A DNA stretch of 64,000 nucleotides from a virus (Duplodnaviria; Caudoviricetes), in the IMG/VR virus record IMGVR_UViG_2920277478_000005, positions 687-64,686 of that record. One strand, 5' to 3'. The translations under genes and the position numbers were made by a program. The notes under the pieces were generated by a model. It was not told where the DNA came from, ran no database searches, and saw only the letters and a list, made by a program, of their open reading frames with translations. Numbering within the stretch: position 1 is the stretch's first letter; each line of letters begins with the position of its first letter. Shown piece by piece: positions 1 through 6,615 of the stretch.

Positions 1-1
1 T

Positions 2-241
2 CATGCAGGAAAAATTAAAGCATATGTTCAGTTTTGCCTTGCACTCTCTGCCTGGGCTATTGAATCCGATGATAAAGTAGTATTCCGTTCAATGAATGGA
101 TATACCGCTCAGAAAAAAATTACACTTATGTACAATATTTTGACTAACCGCCTTGGACTCTACGGAGATGAATTTAAGACCTGCAGGCTTCACATGATGA
201 AACAGCTCCGTGAAAACGCAAAAGCGGAACAGGTTGCTTAG
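2..241 (+). CDS. Putative amidoligase (COOH-NH2 ligase type 2), C-terminal part only
   Basis: Manual translation HAGKIKAYVQFCLALSAWA...RLGLYGDEFKTCRLHMMKQL*, resembles Amidoligase_2 C-terminus; adjacent to GGCT gene. Confidence 0.75.
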   Translation, partial: HAGKIKAYVQFCLALSAWAIESDDKVVFRSMNGYTAQKKITLMYNILTNRLGLYGDEFKTCRLHMMKQLRENAKAEQVA

Positions 242-288
242 TTATAAATTAGCTGTCCTACCGGCTTGACGGGGAGAAAGGGAATGTC

Positions 289-729
289 ATGTTATATGTA
301 GCATACGGAAGCAATCTTAACGTACAGCAAATGTCATACCGTTGTCCTGGAGCAACGGTCGCATTTACCGGATATCTGATAAATTGGAAATTACTTTACA
401 GAGGAAGCCGCACAGGATCTTATGCAACTGTCAAAAGGCAAAAAGGAAGTAGGGTTCCTGTTGCTGTTTGGAATATCGATAGCAAAAATGAGAAGGCTCT
501 TGATCTGTACGAGGGATATCCGAGATTTTATAAAAAGAGAAATGTATTTGTACAATTAAAAAACGGCACTAGAAAAAAGGCTATGATATACCTCTTGCCA
601 GACTCAGCCACTGCGGGAAGGCCATCTAGCCGTTATGTTGGAACTGTATTGCAAGGTTACAAAGATATGGGATTTGATACAGATTATTTGTACGATTCAT
701 TGGATTATAATTTAAAAGAAGTAAAATAA
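289..729 (+). CDS. Gamma-glutamylcyclotransferase (AIG2-like) family protein
   Basis: YVAYGSNL N-terminal motif, LDLYEGYP catalytic-region motif. Confidence 0.9.
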   Translation: MLYVAYGSNLNVQQMSYRCPGATVAFTGYLINWKLLYRGSRTGSYATVKRQKGSRVPVAVWNIDSKNEKALDLYEGYPRFYKKRNVFVQLKNGTRKKAMIYLLPDSATAGRPSSRYVGTVLQGYKDMGFDTDYLYDSLDYNLKEVK

Positions 730-750
730 AGAGGGGAAATCCCCTCTTTA
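727..750. terminator. Bidirectional intrinsic terminator between convergent genes
   Basis: TAAAGAGGGG-AAAT-CCCCTCTTTA perfect 10-bp stem. Confidence 0.75.
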
Positions 751-752
751 AT

Positions 753-782
753 AAGAGGTAACCGTTGCAGCGGTTACCTCTT
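753..782. terminator. Second hairpin overlapping the HTH gene stop
   Basis: AAGAGGTAACCG-TTGCAG-CGGTTACCTCTT 12-bp stem. Confidence 0.55.
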
Positions 783-1034
783 TCTGCCGGGTTTTTGAGT
801 TCCCTGGCGAGTGTGGGTTATGGCTGATTCCTTGTTCGGTACCCTAACAATCAATTCATCCAGCTCACAATCCAGGGCTTCGCAAATCAAGTCGAGGTGT
901 TCCAGATTCACCCTATCTGCAAGCTCGTGGTACAACTCGTTGATGGTGTTGGGTCTTATTCCGGTTGCCCTCGCCAAATCTGCCTGAGTAAGTCTCATCT
1001 CCCCAAGCTTTTTTGACAGTAAAATTTTAATCAT
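774..1034 (-). CDS. XRE/Cro-like HTH transcriptional regulator
   Basis: MIKILLSKKLGEMRLTQADLARATGIRPNTINEL; ATG at 1034 preceded by GGAG. Confidence 0.85.
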   Translation of the reverse strand: MIKILLSKKLGEMRLTQADLARATGIRPNTINELYHELADRVNLEHLDLICEALDCELDELIVRVPNKESAITHTRQGTQKPGRKR

Positions 1035-1190
1035 GCCATTGCTCCTTCCGTTATAATTTAGCACCTCTTGATATATCGGAAGGACTTTTGTTAGATTATA
1101 TCAAATACTGTTATAAACTGCGTGATATATTTTATACCCTGTAAGGCAAATTTTGAAGCAAACATATTATAAAAAGCACCTATTTTGTTA

Positions 1191-2639
1191 TTATTTGAAT
1201 GTATTTGCATTCATGTGGTCAGCTATCTTTTTCCATGTATTCTGACCACAGCAACCATCATCATCAATACCAACATTCCGCTGAAATGTTTTAAGTGCTG
1301 ACTTTGTATTTTTTCCAAAATCTCCGTCAACAGAAACTCCAAGAATGGACTGTAAGCATCGCACCGCCGAACCTTCTGTTCCAGACTGCAGCACTGGAAG
1401 CTGAATGTTTAATTTTTCAGTCAGGCTAACTTTTGCTTTGCTTGATGAAGTGTCTTTTTTCTGTTCTGGATACACTGCTTTTCCGTTCCAGTCATAGATG
1501 GTGTAGCCCTGTTTCCACTCTTTCTTTGCATTCTCAAGGCTCTTGTACGCTCCAATCTGGCTTTTACTGTCTCCCCAGGTTTTCCGGATTCTGTAATATT
1601 TATCTACAGTTGTAGTTGCTGCCTTTGCGCCGATCAGCTGCTTGAAGCGGTTCCAGTCACCTTTTGCCCGGATTGCAGAAGGGCAATTCTTTGCGCACAC
1701 ATCATAGTGGGATACCACATGATCTGCGTCAATTCCAAACTTCTGCATCAACATCTTGCAGATTTCAACAGTGTTCCGAAATGCTTTATCATAATTATAC
1801 CCTGCCTGCACGCACATCTCAATGCCGATAGAATTGTGGTTGTTGCAAATTCCGAAAAGACCACCACCATAGTTAACGCCGACATGCCATGCGCCTCGAT
1901 TAAAAGGTGTAGCCTGATAAGCCTCGGTATCATCAACATATACATGAGCAGAGTAGCCGGAGAAGTTCCCGTCATGCTGAGCCTTAGCATGTGCCTTTGC
2001 GTTTGCTCCTTTTGCAAAGTTATCTGTATTATGGATAACGATGTATTTAGGCACCTGATTTGCGTAGCTGTTGTTATTGCTGATTAAACTTGTGTTAAGA
2101 TTCATTGTAACATCCTCCTTATTCACTTCTGGCATCGCGATTATCTTCGCCAGAATTTCCAATATCTTTGAGCCATAATTCTTCCCGGCAGCCCAGCCTC
2201 CGCCCTGTGGATTTTCCTGTATCCCAAGCCATTCAACATATGGGGCTATTTCTCTTTTCACATAACAGAAACGAGGATCCACGCATACACCGTACAGTTT
2301 TTCGTTAGATGCATATGCTTTAAGATGCTGGATCTGTGCCCGGATGCCGATCCATGGATGAGAGAACGAATTCCCTTTCATACCATTTTTTGTAACGCCG
2401 ATTCCGGCAAAATTGTTCTGGTCCAATGTTACGGCAGAACCATTGAATGTGAAATTACCTGTTTCGAGGCAACTTTGCGCAAAGGCGATATCTCCCCTTA
2501 CTCCTTCCGTTTTTCCTTCTGATATATAATATTCAACCATATCGATTACGGATTTAGGTACTGCCGGATTGACTTTCTGTATATATGACTGCATCTGCTG
2601 GACCGTAGCAACTGCAGTTCCCATTATATTCGTTTTCAT
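1191..2639 (-). CDS. Multidomain endolysin: glucosaminidase-like + amidase_2 + cell-wall binding domains
   Basis: AFAQSCLETG/NNFAGIG (GH73-like); IVIHNT...AWHVG...SIGIEMC...SHYDVCAKNCP (amidase_2); C-terminal VDGDFG/DDGCCG peptidoglycan-binding repeat. Confidence 0.92.
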   Translation of the reverse strand: MKTNIMGTAVATVQQMQSYIQKVNPAVPKSVIDMVEYYISEGKTEGVRGDIAFAQSCLETGNFTFNGSAVTLDQNNFAGIGVTKNGMKGNSFSHPWIGIRAQIQHLKAYASNEKLYGVCVDPRFCYVKREIAPYVEWLGIQENPQGGGWAAGKNYGSKILEILAKIIAMPEVNKEDVTMNLNTSLISNNNSYANQVPKYIVIHNTDNFAKGANAKAHAKAQHDGNFSGYSAHVYVDDTEAYQATPFNRGAWHVGVNYGGGLFGICNNHNSIGIEMCVQAGYNYDKAFRNTVEICKMLMQKFGIDADHVVSHYDVCAKNCPSAIRAKGDWNRFKQLIGAKAATTTVDKYYRIRKTWGDSKSQIGAYKSLENAKKEWKQGYTIYDWNGKAVYPEQKKDTSSSKAKVSLTEKLNIQLPVLQSGTEGSAVRCLQSILGVSVDGDFGKNTKSALKTFQRNVGIDDDGCCGQNTWKKIADHMNANTFK

Positions 2640-2664
2640 AATATCCCCCTAAAAAGGAAAGGGC

Positions 2665-3024
2665 TTAAGCCCCTTCCTTCTGTGAACCATTAATTTTTCC
2701 ATCGTCTAAAAGATCTTTCACGCCGCAAAACCACACATCAATTATCTTAAGCAGCGCATCTTCCGACATAATAACCTGCAACCACTTTGGCAGTAATCCT
2801 CTCGCCTGCTGAACAACCCATTTCAATTTCTGCTGTCCCGTTCCTGATTCTTTATACATATGTTCCGCTTTCAGGATCAGCTGGTATACCTGTTCACGGA
2901 TGCCTTCCAATCCTTTATGCTTGGCATACTGAAACGTAATAACCAAAGTCACTACAAGCAAAATTAACACCGCAACCAGTAATACTGGGAACGGAATCTG
3001 TTTTAAAAAGTTAAGTAATTCCAT
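2665..3024 (-). CDS. Holin (LL-H-like)
   Basis: N-terminal TM helix, GQQKLKWVV motif, position directly upstream of endolysin. Confidence 0.7.
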   Translation of the reverse strand: MELLNFLKQIPFPVLLVAVLILLVVTLVITFQYAKHKGLEGIREQVYQLILKAEHMYKESGTGQQKLKWVVQQARGLLPKWLQVIMSEDALLKIIDVWFCGVKDLLDDGKINGSQKEGA

Positions 3025-3036
3025 AAGTAATTCCTC

Positions 3037-3360
3037 CTAATCAATGCTGTATTTGGCCAGAACTTCTCTGTCCATTTCTTTTTTGTGTTCTTCTGCACGC
3101 TGAAGATTTTCAAATGCTTCTTCGAGCTCGCCATTATGCTCTCCTTTTACAATTGCATGATGTAGCCAAAAGAGCACGCGCCCCGTAGCATGCGTAATTT
3201 CTTCATCCGCTTTTCTCTGTTCAATTTTATACTTAATGCGTTCCTGCTCTCGTGCCTCCACTTCCATGAGCCTTCGCTCAATATAGTGACGAATCAGAGC
3301 AAAAAAAATGCCGGCAACACCTCCGCTGCCAAGCACAGATAGACAAAATGTTTCGAGCAT
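3037..3360 (-). CDS. Membrane-anchored lysis-module protein
   Basis: N-terminal hydrophobic segment then coiled coil; between tail and holin. Confidence 0.55.
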   Translation of the reverse strand: MLETFCLSVLGSGGVAGIFFALIRHYIERRLMEVEAREQERIKYKIEQRKADEEITHATGRVLFWLHHAIVKGEHNGELEEAFENLQRAEEHKKEMDREVLAKYSID

Positions 3361-3434
3361 TACTCTTCCCCTCCGAGTGCTTTTAAGAGCCGATCCAGAT
3401 TACCTCCGATCAACCAATCCACCAGTTTTCGCAT
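3360..3434 (-). CDS. 24-aa small ORF MRKLVDWLIGGNLDRLLKALGGEE
   Basis: GAAAGGAGG RBS before ATG; stop overlaps next start (TAATG). Confidence 0.6.
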   Translation of the reverse strand: MRKLVDWLIGGNLDRLLKALGGEE

Positions 3435-3505
3435 AAGAACCTCCTTTCGCCATTAATAGATGCCAATGTGTTGCACCTAAAAGGTCTATCTCTCGCATGC
3501 ACCAT
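3410..3505 (-). CDS. 31-aa small ORF MVHARDRPFRCNTLASINGERRFLCENWWIG
   Basis: GGAGGT RBS 5 nt before ATG; fills the gap between annotated genes. Confidence 0.4.
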   Translation of the reverse strand: MVHARDRPFRCNTLASINGERRFLCENWWIG

Positions 3506-3533
3506 ACCTTACCTCCATGAAAAAAGGGAACCT

Positions 3534-3770
3534 CTACGGTTCCCTCATGCTTACATACTCTTCCTTTACTTCTTCAATAATCCCTGCGTCAAGTCTTTCG
3601 TCTTCGCTCGCTTCTACATTCAGCATATTTCGCAAATGAGAAAGTTCGGTTGCCAGGCTCTTGATGAACCTGCTCTGCCTCACTATGATTTCATCCTGCT
3701 TTTCAATCATATCTTCATAGAATTCCACAAGTTCTAAAACCTGGTTTTCATCCATCGTCGTTACCTCCAC
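3534..3770 (-). CDS. Hypothetical coiled-coil protein
   Basis: ORF in operon, overlaps upstream gene. Confidence 0.6.
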   Translation of the reverse strand: MEVTTMDENQVLELVEFYEDMIEKQDEIIVRQSRFIKSLATELSHLRNMLNVEASEDERLDAGIIEEVKEEYVSMREP

Positions 3771-4186
3771 TTGTATCTTGGTTTTTCTTCACCAAATATC
3801 CAATACCTCAGATGATCATCCAATACAATAGCTAATAGAGATAGGATATACCATGCCACAGTAAAAGGAAGACATATCTGTCCAATTATATTAAAAGGCA
3901 TATTGCTGTAATCCCATATTCCAAGCCCCAATACAATATTCAAAATGTATCCGGAAAGGAACTCAATTGCAGTTATCCCGACAGCACAGATAAACATCTG
4001 TTTCCATATGAGCATATCCCATCCTAGAAATTCATTTATCGAACCACAAAACAAGAAGCAAAGCCCTCCAACCAGTACCATAGGCAGCGAGCTGTACCCT
4101 CGCCATATCAGTTCGATCATGTAGTAAATCGTACCTCCTATAGCGAAAAGCACAGCGTTTCTGCCTATGGTCTTCAGAGCATTCAT
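3761..4186 (-). CDS. Membrane protein, ABC_trans_CmpB-like
   Basis: Four hydrophobic helices; IELIWRG, EFLSG, IWDYSNMPFNIIGQICL motifs. Confidence 0.7.
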   Translation of the reverse strand: MNALKTIGRNAVLFAIGGTIYYMIELIWRGYSSLPMVLVGGLCFLFCGSINEFLGWDMLIWKQMFICAVGITAIEFLSGYILNIVLGLGIWDYSNMPFNIIGQICLPFTVAWYILSLLAIVLDDHLRYWIFGEEKPRYKWR

Positions 4187-4872
4187 TTAACCTCCTTGTC
4201 GGCTGCCATTTCGGCCAGATAGTCCTTTAAAACTTCTGACTGATATTCTTCCGGGATCGGCGCTCCGTATTCAATCTTGGCGATTTCCGAAGCTTTCGCG
4301 CACCCTTTAATCCACATGTTCAGTGAATTCCCATAGGTTGTGTGATAGCTTTTGAACTCCATTGCACCATTAATAATTTTCCGCATGTCTTCGGCAGAAT
4401 AATAACGGCAAGGATTTCCGTCCTCGTGGTATTCCAGTTTTTCACTGCCTGCCGCAAGCTGTGCCTGTTTTCCAAATAAATTCAGCTGGTCTTCATCTTT
4501 TAAGCTGAAATGTTCTGTTCCTGAAGAAATAGAAATGTCCACGCCTGCAAATACTGTACTCTGGCAAATCTGCGAAATCTCTTTCTTCTTATTTGCACGA
4601 TAAGTTTCAATAGAAAGATAATCTGCGTTCAGACCTTCCTCCTTCTCTTTTAACTGGTCGAACCAGAAGTCAATGTCTGCAGATATTTCTTCTTTTGTTA
4701 CGGTGGACACTGTAACCTTAAAATAGATTTCATCTGCTTCCACTCCCTGTGGGCCTTCCTCGCTTTCTGGAAGCTGAGTTTCGTTTTTGCGGATCCATAC
4801 ATCTGCAGTCCCATCGGGTAAAGTAGCATAAGTGATTTTTCCCTGTGATACAGGACAATTCGTTTTATGCAT
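4183..4872 (-). CDS. Tail-associated protein, DUF4376-like
   Basis: KKKEISQICQSTVFAG...HFSLKDEDQLNL...YHTTYGNSL; ATG at 4872 overlaps RT stop. Confidence 0.6.
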   Translation of the reverse strand: MHKTNCPVSQGKITYATLPDGTADVWIRKNETQLPESEEGPQGVEADEIYFKVTVSTVTKEEISADIDFWFDQLKEKEEGLNADYLSIETYRANKKKEISQICQSTVFAGVDISISSGTEHFSLKDEDQLNLFGKQAQLAAGSEKLEYHEDGNPCRYYSAEDMRKIINGAMEFKSYHTTYGNSLNMWIKGCAKASEIAKIEYGAPIPEEYQSEVLKDYLAEMAADKEVK

Positions 4873-6214
4873 AATTTTTCCTCCACATTTTATAATACTT
4901 TTCAGTGCTATATTCTTTTCCCTTGGCATAATCGCTGACTATTTTTCGAGCTATTTTTATAAGTTGATCAACCCGATTCTTTTTCCGGTAATGAGCCATA
5001 TTCGTGCTTTTGAACCATCCGAATTGAGAAACCACGCTCTGTACAAATTTCATTTTTACTTGAATTTTCTTACGCAGTTTATCGGAAAATATCTTTCTTT
5101 TGCGGCGAGCAGCCAAAAATATACGTTTTCTTATTGTGACCCACGTTTTTCTATACTTTACCTGTTTTCCCAGGTATCCTTTTGAGACTGTATTTCCTCC
5201 ATGAAATCGAAATCCCATATAGTCCAAAAGAGAGCCTCTGGCTTTTCCATTCCTGTCTTCATACATAGCCTTTGTCATTTTCCAATCAGGCTTTATATCC
5301 AGATCAAGAATCTTATTCATATATTCTATGAGCATTCTTTGTGCCATATGGACGTCTTTCTTATTCCCGGAAAACAATACAATATCATCCGCATAAAATA
5401 TAACGTGTGATATAAGTCTTTTTTCTCGTGTCTTCCCTCTGCGGGTAGAGATTTTTACCAGTTTTTCACTTGCATAATGATATGCATAGGAAAGAAAATA
5501 ATTGCAGAGATCCTTGCTGACAGGAGATCCTATGAGAATTCCTCGCATAGTGTCTTTGGATTCCGGATTCGGGAACTCTTCGTACAGTTCTATAAAAGTC
5601 ATAAACATATACAAAAGTTCGTGCGATTTATGTAGATCCCGTTTCAGGTATCCCCTCAACTTTTCATGAGAAATCGAAGGATAACACCGTCTTATATCGC
5701 ATTGAGTCATATATTTTGTTCCATCTGCATCAGAAGAAAGCCATTTCTTTACTGCTTTCTTTCCATAACTTTGGCCTCTCCCTTTTATAGATGCTACTTG
5801 ATAGGTTCCAAATTTTGCTTTCCACAAAGGTTTTGCAGCATCTCCTGCAACTGCCTCATACAATCGGAAAAGTACCGTTTCTAATCCGAGATCTCGAATT
5901 TTGCCGCTTCCCTTGTCAGTAATCTTCGTATAACGGATTGCCGGTGCGGTTTGACACCACATAAGAATATGTTCCTTCATGGTTCTTTCCGCAATATTAG
6001 CTGCCATTTCCTCACTTAACAAGTGAAGTGTCTCTTTCCAAAAAGAACTTCCAGGTTTAAAGTTTTCCCTTACATATTCTCTGCTCTGCGATGCATAACC
6101 AGAGATGAAGCGTACAGTGCTATTCTTTTTGTATTTATTATGGAAATAATCATCAATGCTATTTTCTATTTTGGCTGTATCAGATACAACCAGGCCTTTA
6201 CAATATGTTTTCAT
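4865..6214 (-). CDS. Reverse transcriptase of a diversity-generating retroelement
   Basis: KIRDL, QVASIKGRG, CDIRRCYPSI, GILIGSPVSK, FYADD motifs; adjacent TR/VR pair. Confidence 0.96.
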   Translation of the reverse strand: MKTYCKGLVVSDTAKIENSIDDYFHNKYKKNSTVRFISGYASQSREYVRENFKPGSSFWKETLHLLSEEMAANIAERTMKEHILMWCQTAPAIRYTKITDKGSGKIRDLGLETVLFRLYEAVAGDAAKPLWKAKFGTYQVASIKGRGQSYGKKAVKKWLSSDADGTKYMTQCDIRRCYPSISHEKLRGYLKRDLHKSHELLYMFMTFIELYEEFPNPESKDTMRGILIGSPVSKDLCNYFLSYAYHYASEKLVKISTRRGKTREKRLISHVIFYADDIVLFSGNKKDVHMAQRMLIEYMNKILDLDIKPDWKMTKAMYEDRNGKARGSLLDYMGFRFHGGNTVSKGYLGKQVKYRKTWVTIRKRIFLAARRKRKIFSDKLRKKIQVKMKFVQSVVSQFGWFKSTNMAHYRKKNRVDQLIKIARKIVSDYAKGKEYSTEKYYKMWRKNYA

Positions 6215-6398
6215 TTTTCCTTTCTTTCTGCTTCAAGGACTTTCGGTTTTACTACTAGTCCCCTCCTGTGTCCACTACCGCCACAGGGTGTGACCGACAT
6301 AAATGTCGGTCACATGCTGGTTTGTCTATTTCGGGCATTCCGCCCAAGCCCTTTCGGGGTTTCCTCTGAGGAAACGAAATACAGCACATCGATATTAT
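6215..6398 (-). ncRNA. DGR spacer (Sp) region of the TR RNA, highly structured
   Basis: Non-coding gap between TR and RT with inverted repeats 6289-6314 (12 bp), 6359-6375 (8 bp), 6265-6287 (6 bp). Confidence 0.7.
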
Positions 6399-6508
6399 GC
6401 AGAAATTCGAGCGGCGTAGTTCCACCAGTTGTTACCGAGCCCATTGTTCAGGTTCGCATTCCGGCGGCCGTCAATCGTACCGTTGTTCAGGTTGCCGGAG
6501 CCAAGAAC
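6399..6508 (-). repeat. DGR template repeat (TR)
   Basis: 110 bp, colinear with VR; minus-strand reading VLGSGNLNNGTIDGRRNANLNNGLGNNWWNYAARIS (AAC/AAT rich). Confidence 0.97.
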
Positions 6509-6551
6509 GGAAGCCACTGTGCTGTAAGTCCTAAATTTTAAAATCTATTCA

Positions 6552-6566
6552 CCCGGCTACGCCGGG
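6552..6566 (-). promoter_or_regulatory. GC-rich hairpin/cruciform downstream of VR (DGR target-recognition element)
   Basis: CCCGGC-GTA-GCCGGG on minus strand, 50 nt after target stop. Confidence 0.65.
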
Positions 6567-6615
6567 AAACAATAACGGGGAGATCCCCTCTTGCTGTCGC
6601 AATTCACCCCCAGGC

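Noticed and set aside
4865-6214. RT as group II intron, retron or Abi RT
   Set aside because: No intron domain V/VI or endonuclease domain seen, flanking genes are uninterrupted, and the A-specific TR/VR pair explains it as a DGR.
6399-6540. TR reading frame as a protein-coding gene
   Set aside because: In-frame TAG just upstream and no RBS with a start codon; the frame mirrors VR.
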